DNA of 64,000 bases from Promethearchaeota archaeon. Its GTDB lineage: Archaea; Asgardarchaeota; Lokiarchaeia; Sigyniarchaeales; SOKP01. Location of the stretch: positions 1 through 64,000 of the forward strand of contig JAEOTR010000023.1 in NCBI GenBank assembly GCA_016839705.1. The letters are read 5' to 3'. How positions within the stretch are numbered: position 1 is the stretch's first letter; every line of letters begins with the position of its first letter. The notes beneath the pieces were generated by a model that had not been told where the DNA came from, made no database searches, and was given only the letters and a program-made list of their open reading frames with translations. The translations under genes and the position numbers were made by a program. Shown piece by piece: positions 31,433-40,418 of this stretch.

Positions 31433-31662
31433 GGAACCCAGACTTTTCTATTCAAAAGATTTTAAAAAACCTTGTTATTTCTCTAAAAAAAGTTCAGATA
31501 TAAAAATCCTTTTATTAATCCCTTTCTTAAGGCAAACGCAACAGACATTTAACTTTTCGTTTCTTTAATCTCACGACATTTATCGAGAAAACGCTTTAAG
31601 TTCGTAATTAATTTAAGAGTATTTGCTTTTTATAGAAAACTAATCGATTCAGCCCTAATACT

Positions 31663-32412
31663 CTAAAATCCATCAAATTTAGCCCATTCATCTTCTTCGT
31701 CAGATTCATCCTCATCATCAGTATAATCTTCAACCGTACTGCTTTTATAGCTCTCTGTTACATCTTCCTCAAATTCTTCAAATTCATCTTCAAATGTAAT
31801 TGATTGTTCTAGATCAGTTATAACATCAGCTGATACCTTTATTTCAGGAACAGGTTCTTTAACCGGCTTTTTCTTTTCAACTAATTTTAGATAATCTCCA
31901 TGAATCTTGATAGTTATTGGAGTTTCCTCTTGGAGAAGTCTAACAACGACTTCTTCACTCTGGGAGGAGTCATGAGGCAAGCGTATTGCTAAAGCACGCG
32001 ATCCTTCAAATACGCCACTGATAATTTCTACAGTATCACCTTCTTCTAAGTATTCTGTCACACTCCTTGGCAATAAGACATGTTTAAGTTCACTTAATTC
32101 AATATTCTGAACAATCCTTCCTTTAATGTGTGGAATTCCTTGAACAGCTATTTGAACCTCTCTCTTAGTGGGTGCTTCGAAAAAAATGTAACCCGGTAAT
32201 AATGGAGAAACAAGCATGGCTCTAATATCAGGAATTGTATCAAGTATTTTAAATCGATAGAAAATTTGTCTGAGGATATTGCTTTCTTGGTTAATTGTAG
32301 TCCTTACAGCAAATAGGGTAGTAAGATCTTCCGCATCTTCTATAATTAGGGTTTCATCAAACTTAATTTCTTCTTCCTCATTCCTTGAAATATCTTCTTC
32401 TTGATCTGCCAC
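31663..32412 (-). CDS. spt5: Transcription elongation factor Spt5 (NGN + KOW) with acidic tails
   Basis: FAVRTTINQE, PGYIFFEA, GIPHIKG, KOW EGDTVEIISGVFEG. Confidence 0.9.
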   Translation of the reverse strand: MADQEEDISRNEEEEIKFDETLIIEDAEDLTTLFAVRTTINQESNILRQIFYRFKILDTIPDIRAMLVSPLLPGYIFFEAPTKREVQIAVQGIPHIKGRIVQNIELSELKHVLLPRSVTEYLEEGDTVEIISGVFEGSRALAIRLPHDSSQSEEVVVRLLQEETPITIKIHGDYLKLVEKKKPVKEPVPEIKVSADVITDLEQSITFEDEFEEFEEDVTESYKSSTVEDYTDDEDESDEEDEWAKFDGF

Positions 32413-32586
32413 TTTTTCTCACGAATCTCATTTGAATTTAGGTTTTTAAAAGATTTATTAGAAAAATAAGTATATGCTAGTATGGGAATACTAAATTATA
32501 AAATTTTGCTTTTTAATTAGAAGTCAATAGTGGTGATTCCAACCAATAGAAGCATACTTTTATGGAAGAATAGTTGTAATTGGGGA

Positions 32587-32976
32587 TTAAAATTGAATAT
32601 TATTAATATCTAAAATATCAGGAACTTTATTATTTCGCTCAAGCCAGGAAATCTCAGCTCTTGTATATCTCCATGATATTTCACATTTCCCTAACTTATC
32701 TTTGCTTTCAGTCTCCCATTCCCACGGGTTTATAATTACTAAGTCTCCACGCCGAATCCATACTCGCTTTTTTATTTTACCACGAATTCTTCCTACTCTA
32801 TGCTTTCCATCTTCACAAAAAACTCGCATTCTCTCGCCACCGAGAATTTCAACAACAACTCCAAACATTTCTCCTAATCTTTTACTCGGGTATTTAACTC
32901 TTGTAATAACGGGTGGTGTATATCCTCCTCTTCCTCCTTTTCCCCTTTTTACTTCTTTCCCTTTTTTTTTAGCCAT
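32587..32976 (-). CDS. eif1a: Translation initiation factor aIF-1A
   Basis: LGGERMRVFCEDG..RVGRIRGKIKKRVWIRRGDLV...WRY. Confidence 0.95.
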   Translation of the reverse strand: MAKKKGKEVKRGKGGRGGYTPPVITRVKYPSKRLGEMFGVVVEILGGERMRVFCEDGKHRVGRIRGKIKKRVWIRRGDLVIINPWEWETESKDKLGKCEISWRYTRAEISWLERNNKVPDILDINNIQF

Positions 32977-33015
32977 AATATTATCTATCTTTTATTGTTA
33001 ATTAGATTTTTAAAT

Positions 33016-33351
33016 TCAAATTTTATCTTCGGGTTTATACTCTCCCTTTATAAAAATAATTTTTATTGGTTTTTCAGAATCATTTCTTATATTGTGCATT
33101 TCTTCAACTTCGCATAAAAACACACTCCCTTGAGGTGCAGCATATTCTTTATCATCAATTATCATTTTCCCATCCCCTTCAGCAAAATAGAAAGTTTCGT
33201 CTATAAACTTATGACCATGTGGTTTTTCACCCATTAGTTCACCAGGATTAAGTAAAATAATACCCCAATCGATAGAAGGGCCTCGCATTAAATATTTAAC
33301 ACCTGAGGTTCCACCTCGATATTCAAAATCGGTTTCATGTACTTTTTTAAT
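33016..33351 (-). CDS. Cupin domain protein
   Basis: HGH....E.FY...G.G and H cupin motifs; frame extends to ATT 33351 (IKKVHETDFEYRGG) behind a GGTGA SD. Confidence 0.8.
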   Translation of the reverse strand: MKKVHETDFEYRGGTSGVKYLMRGPSIDWGIILLNPGELMGEKPHGHKFIDETFYFAEGDGKMIIDDKEYAAPQGSVFLCEVEEMHNIRNDSEKPIKIIFIKGEYKPEDKI

Positions 33352-33496
33352 TTCAATTCACCAGAAGTGTAATTTATACTATGAGAAAAATTATCTAGAG
33401 TAAATTATAAATCTTATCTATTACAAAGAGATTCATAGTTTGATTTCTCTGTTAAAAAATATTGACGAATTCATCAATAGATAAGAGGTATGTAGT

Positions 33497-34684
33497 TTGA
33501 TTCCATCGTTTAATTTCACCACAATTCCACATATACTATTTGGTCCCAGAAAACTAAATGAACTTTTTGAAATTATTCCTAAATTCGGAAAAAATGTACT
33601 TTTCGTTATTGGTGAAAACTCACTTAAAAACTCAGGCAGATGGGATGCAATAGTAACTGAATTAATCCATAAATCACTTAATTATTATGAGATATCTATA
33701 ACAGGAGAACCCTCACCACGTCTTATTGATGATTCAGTTGGGAAATTTCAACACAAAAAGCTTGATTTAGTTATTAGTATAGGTGGGGGTAGCGTTATTG
33801 ATGCGGGAAAAGCAATATCTGCAATGATGTTTAAAAAAGATTCGATAAAAAACTATTTAGAAGGAATTGGTAATAAAATTCATGATGGAAAGAAACTCCC
33901 ATTCATTGCAATTCCTACAACCTCTGGTACAGGGAGCGAGGCTTCTAAAAATGCTGTCATCAGTGAAATTGGACCAAAAGGGTTTAAAAAATCCTTACGA
34001 CATGATAACTTAATTCCCAACCTTTCGATTATAGATCCTGAATTGATGATCTCTTGCCCCCCCTCAATTTCAGCTGCTTGCGGTATGGATGCCTTAACTC
34101 AACTAATTGAGGCGTATGTATCACCTAAAGGAAATCCGATAACAGACGCTTTAGCGATCAATGGAATGAAATTTATGTGTGAAAATTTATTAAAGGCATG
34201 TTCATTAGGAGCATCCAATATTAAGGTGCGAACTGCAATGGCATATGGATCGCTTATTTCTGGAATTACTCTTGCTAATGCCGGTTTAGGCATTGTTCAC
34301 GGATTAGCTTCTTCAATTGGAGGATATTTTGATATACCACACGGCGTCGTTTGTGGAACTTTATTATCTGAAGCTTCCAAAATGAATATAAAAAAGCTAG
34401 AAGAAATGGGAGTTAGTGGGAGGGAAGCGTTAAGAAAATATGCCCAAGTTGGTGCTTTAATAAAGGGAAAAAATACTGTTGAAAACCGCGATATTAAAGA
34501 TCACTGTTCAAATTTAATCAACACTCTTAATGATTGGACTGACCAATTAAAATTAGATCGATTAGGTAAATATTGTATTATTATAGATGATGTTGATAAA
34601 ATTCTTAATAAAACGGGAATAAAAAACAATCCTGTTAATTTAAACCGAGAGGAGATTAGATCTATTATAATGAATCGACTTTAG
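33497..34684 (+). CDS. Iron-containing alcohol dehydrogenase
   Basis: GGGSVIDAGK, PTTSGTGSE, GMDALTQLIE, GIVHGLA, PHGVVC. Confidence 0.93.
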   Translation: MIPSFNFTTIPHILFGPRKLNELFEIIPKFGKNVLFVIGENSLKNSGRWDAIVTELIHKSLNYYEISITGEPSPRLIDDSVGKFQHKKLDLVISIGGGSVIDAGKAISAMMFKKDSIKNYLEGIGNKIHDGKKLPFIAIPTTSGTGSEASKNAVISEIGPKGFKKSLRHDNLIPNLSIIDPELMISCPPSISAACGMDALTQLIEAYVSPKGNPITDALAINGMKFMCENLLKACSLGASNIKVRTAMAYGSLISGITLANAGLGIVHGLASSIGGYFDIPHGVVCGTLLSEASKMNIKKLEEMGVSGREALRKYAQVGALIKGKNTVENRDIKDHCSNLINTLNDWTDQLKLDRLGKYCIIIDDVDKILNKTGIKNNPVNLNREEIRSIIMNRL

Positions 34685-34695
34685 TTAATTTGGTA

Positions 34696-35232
34696 TTATA
34701 CATAAAGTTTCTTTATAACTTCTTTTGCTAATAACTCGAATGCTAAATTCACATTCTCTCCTGTTTTAGAGGAAATCTTTAAATATTTAAAAAAATCATA
34801 CTTTTTAGGAAAAGTTAACGCGAAATCATCGTTTACAGAAATTGATTCTGTTAAATCCAATTTAGTTCCTAGGAAAATTATCGGAATATTTGGATTTTCT
34901 CCTCTACAAATGTTTACCCATTGTTCTATTTTATCTAAACTAGATGGACGTGTGAGATCAAAAAGTAGAAGAGCCCCTCTTGCCCCTTTGGAATAGTTTT
35001 TTAATAAAGGTCTAAAATGCTCTTGTCCACCAAAATCCCAAACTTGTAAATTAATTTTTCTCTTTTCAATCTCTAATTCTTTCATGAAGAATTCAACCCC
35101 GAGTGTCATCTTAGTGTCAACCAGAAACCTCCCTTCAATATAGCGATAAAGGAGGGTTGTCTTCCCCACGCCTCCTTCACCGGCTGTAATAACTTTGAAT
35201 AGTATTGGTTTGGGCATATTATTTCGCTTCAA
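34696..35232 (-). CDS. Rab-like small GTPase
   Basis: GEGGVGKTT, TLGVEF, WDFGGQ, TKLD, SSK; start probably MPKPIL. Confidence 0.92.
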   Translation of the reverse strand: MKRNNMPKPILFKVITAGEGGVGKTTLLYRYIEGRFLVDTKMTLGVEFFMKELEIEKRKINLQVWDFGGQEHFRPLLKNYSKGARGALLLFDLTRPSSLDKIEQWVNICRGENPNIPIIFLGTKLDLTESISVNDDFALTFPKKYDFFKYLKISSKTGENVNLAFELLAKEVIKKLYV

Positions 35233-35253
35233 TTTGCGTAGTTCACAATCCTA

Positions 35254-35697
35254 TTAAGCTCTCTCAAAAGATAAATATTTCTTTTGTCTTAAAAAAATAA
35301 CATTAATACTTAACTTTTTTGATCTTCGGCGTAATTCTGAATCATTTGTAGCAAGAAAGACAGATTGATAATTTTCTTTTAATTCAGTTAACTTTCTAAT
35401 CATAAAATCATCAGTTGTTTCATTTATAGCTTTTATATCTTGAATAAATTCAATCTCAAAACGGTCCTTATTTTTTTCTAAATACGATAAACCAGATTTA
35501 AGTAATCTTATGAATCTCGTTACCCTAGGTTCTCTCTTTCTCTTTGCTTCAAGTTCATTTAGAATTTGTTGGAAAACTATAAACTTTAGTTTCCCATCTA
35601 AATTGGCTCGAATCTCATTTAGATAATCGATTTTAAACTGAAAAGGAAGAAGTATAAAATTAGCATCTAATATAATTAAAACAAGATTGGATCTCAA
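35254..35697 (-). CDS. PIN-domain protein, Fcf1/Utp24-like
   Basis: ILDANFILLPFQFKID, ILNEL, TDD, ATNDSELRRR, IFLRQKKYL. Confidence 0.85.
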   Translation of the reverse strand: MRSNLVLIILDANFILLPFQFKIDYLNEIRANLDGKLKFIVFQQILNELEAKRKREPRVTRFIRLLKSGLSYLEKNKDRFEIEFIQDIKAINETTDDFMIRKLTELKENYQSVFLATNDSELRRRSKKLSINVIFLRQKKYLSFERA

Positions 35698-36215
35698 TAA
35701 GTTTGTCGCTCTAATATTTTTTTTGTTAAAATCTCAAAAGCTTTCCCTACATTTTCACCCGTTTTAGAAGAGATTTTGAGAAAGTCAATTAAATTATATT
35801 CATTAAGAAACATTTTAGCATAATCATCGTCGACTTGAATATCATCATCTAAATCCAGTTTCGTCCCTAAAAAGAGAACGGGAAGATTTGGGTCACCCTT
35901 TCTTACTATATTGAGCCATTGTTCCAAATTTTCTAATGTGGTCATCCTTGTGAGGTCAAACATGAGCAGTGCTCCTTTTGCGCCTAGAACATAGCTTTCA
36001 AGTAAAAATCGAAATCTCTCTTGCCCACCGAAGTCCCAGAGCTGCAGTGTGCATTGTTTCTCCTCAATCAACGTCTCTTTTAAAAAAAATTCCACACCTA
36101 TCGTCATTTTTGTTTCAGCAGAGAATTTTCCTTCTACGTATCTATGGAGAAGTGTTGTTTTCCCTACTCCTCCCTCTCCTGCTGTTAAGATCTTAAGTAT
36201 GAATTTCTTCGGCAT
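35694..36215 (-). CDS. Rab-like small GTPase
   Basis: GEGGVGKTT, TIGVEF, WDFGGQERF, TKLD, SSK. Confidence 0.92.
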   Translation of the reverse strand: MPKKFILKILTAGEGGVGKTTLLHRYVEGKFSAETKMTIGVEFFLKETLIEEKQCTLQLWDFGGQERFRFLLESYVLGAKGALLMFDLTRMTTLENLEQWLNIVRKGDPNLPVLFLGTKLDLDDDIQVDDDYAKMFLNEYNLIDFLKISSKTGENVGKAFEILTKKILERQTY

Positions 36216-36507
36216 TTTTACAATCTCATTTTACTTATTGGACGAATAACATTTAAGATTAATCTTCTGTTGTGCATATTATGAGATTAATCTTTTTTTA
36301 TTATAATTATAATCTTATTACTACTTAATATTCTTTATTTAATAGAAATTTTAAAATTTAATTTAATTCTTAAAATAATTTCTTATTTTTGTTCTTTATC
36401 CTTTTTTTTAGCCATAATTCTAAAACAAACGATGACAAAATAAATTTTATTAATATAGAAATAATACTTCTACTAATCATTTATAAAAAGATGGAATGTG
36501 ATTCAAA

Positions 36508-36801
36508 ATGAAAATGAAAAAGAAAATCCCTACTGAAGCGGATTTAAAAAAATTAGACGTTGAATCATGGGGTACATGGAGTAAGGAAGTTAGTGAATTT
36601 GATTGGTCCTATGGTGATACTGAAACGTGTTACATACTTGAAGGTGATGTGGAGGTAACAGATTCTAAAACCGGTGAAAAAATTGAATTTAAGAAAGGAG
36701 ATCTTGTTCAATTCGAAAAGGGATTAAATTGTGTATGGAATGTAAAAAAACCAATAAGAAAATACTTTAATTTTGATTTGGATTTTGGTGCTATAGATTA
36801 A
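36508..36801 (+). CDS. Cupin DUF861 (EutQ-like) protein
   Basis: SWGTWSKEVSEFDWSY..TETCYILEG...GDLVQFEKG..CVW.V..PIRK. Confidence 0.85.
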   Translation: MKMKKKIPTEADLKKLDVESWGTWSKEVSEFDWSYGDTETCYILEGDVEVTDSKTGEKIEFKKGDLVQFEKGLNCVWNVKKPIRKYFNFDLDFGAID

Positions 36802-36852
36802 TTAAATTCAAATTCTTTTTTTTTAAATTCTCAGCAAATAGCTTCAAATTAT

Positions 36853-37395
36853 TTAAGAAAATCTTTGTTTATCTTGATGTTCTTTAACAGAGGTTTCTCT
36901 CTCGCTGAGCCTTTCAAGTTTAATTAAACCCTCCTTTATAGCTTTTATCTCCGTTCGAGTATTTACTTTATAATCCTTGAGGTTATCTAGAATTTCTTTT
37001 TCAGTAAAACCCTTATTGTATACTTCCTTGAACGCTTGAATAGTTTCCTGATGGTAAAAAATGTATTGTTTATTTAGAAATACTATCAACCACTTTTTCT
37101 TCAACTGGTTCTGTGATAATTCAAACATTTCTTCTCTAACTTTTTCAAGAGATTTTTTAAGCTTACGAGCAATTAATTCATCCTCGATCTTATAAAATCC
37201 CTTCATGAACTTGTGTAATTTATTTTTAAAGAATATTCTAGGAATGTAAGATAAGAAGAATAGTATTATAGTAATAACCGCCATCCAAATTGCGGTAACT
37301 GGATTAAAAAAAGCTATTATTATAATGGCAATAATAAGAAATGCAAACCATTTACGTCCAATAGTTTTAAAAAAGACAATATATTTTTTTGGCAT
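36853..37395 (-). CDS. Hypothetical membrane protein (two N-terminal TM helices)
   Basis: 180 aa ORF. Confidence 0.7.
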   Translation of the reverse strand: MPKKYIVFFKTIGRKWFAFLIIAIIIIAFFNPVTAIWMAVITIILFFLSYIPRIFFKNKLHKFMKGFYKIEDELIARKLKKSLEKVREEMFELSQNQLKKKWLIVFLNKQYIFYHQETIQAFKEVYNKGFTEKEILDNLKDYKVNTRTEIKAIKEGLIKLERLSERETSVKEHQDKQRFS

Positions 37396-37500
37396 AATTT
37401 TCTACTTTAGCACTAGTTATTATGATCTATAACATTAATGATCACATAAAAAAATTATTTCTAGGTAAATCTTTATATAAATAAAGTAAGTAAGTTTCAA

Positions 37501-37676
37501 ATAACCACATAAACAAGCGTTTCCGGGTTCGGATGGGACCGGGTATTATCCTAAATCACCATGACCGTGAGCGAACTCACAGTTTGTAGTTTCCCACAGA
37601 TATCAACCGCAGTACTATCTACAACGCGAGAAAGTTTAACTTCCGGCGCTTTACTTTATGTTATTTATGTGGTTAT
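37501..37676 (-). repeat. Inverted repeats forming a processing stem around the 5S rRNA
   Basis: ataaccacataaa (37501-37513) / tttatgtggttat (37664-37676), perfect 13 bp; aagcg (37515-37519) / cgctt (37647-37651). Confidence 0.9.
37521..37640 (-). rRNA. rrf: 5S rRNA, circularly permuted gene (native 3' half 37640-37576, UUCG link, native 5' half 37571-37521)
   Basis: Minus strand carries the archaeal 5S signatures ACCCGGUCCCAUCCGAACCCGGAA and GUUAA...AGUACU...GGGAA, with helix V UUGUAG/CUACAA and helix I ACUGUGAG/CUCACGGU, in swapped order. Confidence 0.9.
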
Positions 37677-37694
37677 AAAACCACGAGATTACCA

Positions 37695-37702
37695 TTTAAT
37701 AA
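37695..37702 (-). promoter_or_regulatory. Candidate TATA box for the 5S precursor
   Basis: TTATTAAA on the minus strand about 20 nt upstream of the processing stem. Confidence 0.35.
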
Positions 37703-37846
37703 GGACGGTTATTTTCTTTGTAAATACCTTCTTATTTGGTAAAATGTAAATAGAAAAAATATAGCTTAATAATTAAATTTTTTCATTAGAAAGATTAAAT
37801 TTAAAAGGAGCAAAACAAATCACGCTAACGACAGATAGGATTTTAA

Positions 37847-39967
37847 TTAATTATCATTAATTCGAGCATATCTCCTTATTTCCTTAAAAATTAGGAATAC
37901 AGAAAGTCCAGTAATTCCAATAATTAGAATTAAAGACATAGGAAGAATATAATCCATTATGGGTGTCGGGATTATCAATTTAAATCCTAAATCTTGAAAG
38001 ATGTTTGAATTATTCGCATAATCTCTTGAAATAATACAATAGGAATAATCTCCAGGTTTAACTTTATTAAGATTAAATGTCAATAGGTTTTGATTTTCAA
38101 GTAACCCATTTGATCTACTGAAATATTCATAACTTTCAAAATTATTGTCAGATAACAGTAAATGTACACTCTCTATTCCCGAATAATTATCAAGTATTTC
38201 GATTTTAAAATTTATTGTGTCTGAGGTCATTGGGCTTTTAGGAATACATTCAATACCTATAAATTCAGGTTTACTTGTATCTGGAAGTGTAGTAAAATTG
38301 AAATGAGTTGGTATTAAATTATGACCAGTTACAGTTACATTGTAAGTTTCATTTGCTAATGCTGGAAGTCGGAATTTAGTGATCCCGTTTTTATCAGCAT
38401 AGACAGTATTAAATTTACCATCACTACTAGTAAAATAAACTCTTGCAAATGGTATTGTTTTACTGTGAATATCCATAATAGTAATAGATGCAAGTTGACC
38501 TTCATAAATATTCTCGTAAAAAGGATTAGCTGCTTGTTGAGGTATATTTGTATAAATATCAACTTCGGGATCACCTAAAAGATTATAGCTTAAAATATTT
38601 TTCCGTTCAAAATCGTATCTAGTTGATCCAGTTCCCTGCGTATAATAATCACTATTTATATAGGAAACTTTAGAATCATAAAGTGCTTTCCCTTGTTGGA
38701 ATTTTTCTTCCTGAAAAAATTCCTTCCAAAACATTTTGGCATTTCCACGATTAAGTTTTTCTAAATTCTCATCATCTTCGAAATACCAAGTTACTCTTAA
38801 TCCCCCAATTGCCCCGATGGCACCTCCATTAATCCTTTTTATTAGGGTTTCCCCTATACTATTATCATTAGCATCATAACTAGATGTAGAACACGCATCA
38901 ATATATACTAAAGAAGGCATATAAGCATTAGAACTTGAAGCTGCATCTGAACTAGAATAACCAATAGTTGAAGGATCAATATAATAAACCGTTGGGGCAC
39001 CATGTCCTGCCATAATAACTGTTGAATAACCATTATTAAAGAATGCTTTAAGATTTGACCTTGTAAGATTCCCTTCTTCTTTGACTAGATGTGAATAGTT
39101 AATGTCATATTGAGCATAGTGTTGAATAATAAAATTAGTTAAAGCACTTTCATATTCTCCCGAATCTTGACCAGAAACACTATAACTGGAAATACCCCCA
39201 GTTAACAACATTCTATTCATCCAATCTCCTATTTGTGGATTTTTTTCATATTTTAAAGTCTTATTCACCATAATTTCAAGTTCATTTGCATCATTTGCAG
39301 GAAATCTACCGACGTATACTTCTGGAGTCCAAGAGATTTCATCTAAACCATAGAGATTATCTCGGGGAGCTTCACCCCAAATATTATCTTCATCACTATC
39401 CCAACTTCCTGATAAATCTGCATAATAAAAATCTGTGGGCTTATAATATTCACCTGAAATTGACTCAGTCCTTCCTCCTCCCCACCTCAGAACATCTGGA
39501 TTATACACCATTCTGATTGGGATTAAATTTTCTTGAGCATCTCCAGCTAAAAGTACCCACTGAATGTTTTCTTTTTCGTAATAAGATTTTATCATGTTTC
39601 TTATTTTTTCTGCATCATCCCTACCCTCATACAGAGAAAAATTACTCAAGATAATTGTCTTAACACCTTTTTCATTTTTCCAATCCATTAAAGGTTTTAA
39701 CGCATCAATAAAATCCGATCTGTTAGGACAAATAATCAACATTTCAATTTTGGGGTTGTACCACATATCATGTAAAAGTTCATAATCAATATCAGGAACA
39801 AAAGATACATCAACTTCAGGATATCCATTAGTAGACATATTCACTTTAAAAAAATTTGATGATTTTAAAGCCATCATAGAAGAATTTAAAGTTAACCCTA
39901 CAATCGACAATAGGATTAAAAGGAAAGCAATAGAGTATTTTGGCTTCTTTGAGTGAATATGTATCAT
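37847..39967 (-). CDS. Peptidase C25 (gingipain-like) surface protease
   Basis: Signal peptide; WKNEKG, VLLAGD, PTDFYYADL, VYVGRFP, catalytic GHG and DACS, YNLLGDPE; C-terminal TM anchor. Confidence 0.9.
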   Translation of the reverse strand: MIHIHSKKPKYSIAFLLILLSIVGLTLNSSMMALKSSNFFKVNMSTNGYPEVDVSFVPDIDYELLHDMWYNPKIEMLIICPNRSDFIDALKPLMDWKNEKGVKTIILSNFSLYEGRDDAEKIRNMIKSYYEKENIQWVLLAGDAQENLIPIRMVYNPDVLRWGGGRTESISGEYYKPTDFYYADLSGSWDSDEDNIWGEAPRDNLYGLDEISWTPEVYVGRFPANDANELEIMVNKTLKYEKNPQIGDWMNRMLLTGGISSYSVSGQDSGEYESALTNFIIQHYAQYDINYSHLVKEEGNLTRSNLKAFFNNGYSTVIMAGHGAPTVYYIDPSTIGYSSSDAASSSNAYMPSLVYIDACSTSSYDANDNSIGETLIKRINGGAIGAIGGLRVTWYFEDDENLEKLNRGNAKMFWKEFFQEEKFQQGKALYDSKVSYINSDYYTQGTGSTRYDFERKNILSYNLLGDPEVDIYTNIPQQAANPFYENIYEGQLASITIMDIHSKTIPFARVYFTSSDGKFNTVYADKNGITKFRLPALANETYNVTVTGHNLIPTHFNFTTLPDTSKPEFIGIECIPKSPMTSDTINFKIEILDNYSGIESVHLLLSDNNFESYEYFSRSNGLLENQNLLTFNLNKVKPGDYSYCIISRDYANNSNIFQDLGFKLIIPTPIMDYILPMSLILIIGITGLSVFLIFKEIRRYARINDN

Positions 39968-40074
39968 GGAATATTAATAATAAAATGTTTTAAGGTATAT
40001 ATTTAATTTTAGAAATAAAAATATAAAAATAAGAATCTATTTATTATAAAAAGAAAAAGTCGGGTTATTACATC

Positions 40075-40293
40075 ATGCCTGTAAGATTCAATACTTGTCC
40101 ACACTGTTCTAATAAAATTACGTTTAAGATTGAAATAGAAGATATAGATTCTAGTCAATATCCTGCTCCCGTTTATATAGTATGCCATTCTTGTAAGAAA
40201 TTATCTACTTTCTATGTAGATAGCCTCTTGAGAGTGTCATATAAAGAGCTCGAGAAGAAGATAGGTGGGAAAAAAACAATTGAAACCAGATAA
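40075..40293 (+). CDS. Small zinc-ribbon protein
   Basis: CPHC and CHSC pairs; YPAPV. Confidence 0.7.
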   Translation: MPVRFNTCPHCSNKITFKIEIEDIDSSQYPAPVYIVCHSCKKLSTFYVDSLLRVSYKELEKKIGGKKTIETR

Positions 40294-40418
40294 AAGATTT
40301 TTTCTCAAATTTTTCTAAATTAAAAGGGTTTTTTGATTAATTTAATAAAAAATATTTACTTAATGTTTTATAAGAAACACTATAAACGGTAGATACAATA
40401 CCTAAAATTTGTGCTAAT

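Noticed and set aside
36383-36415. Mini-ORF MAKKKDKEQK resembling the aIF1A start
   Set aside because: Ten codons of low-complexity sequence; likely coincidence.
37471-37481. Palindromic TTTATATAAA that could drive plus-strand transcription from ~37501
   Set aside because: The plus strand is antisense to 5S: G-U pairs become mismatches and the BHB geometry is wrong. It more likely serves the minus-strand gene at 37395; antisense transcription is not excluded.
37515-37651. Permuted 5S order as an assembly artefact or tandem-duplication remnant
   Set aside because: The UUCG cap, the 6-nt duplication matching BHB cut sites exactly, and the flanking perfect stem are unlikely by accident. Read mapping is still needed.
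37561-37749. 62-aa plus-strand ORF
   Set aside because: Antisense to the 5S rRNA; no protein features.
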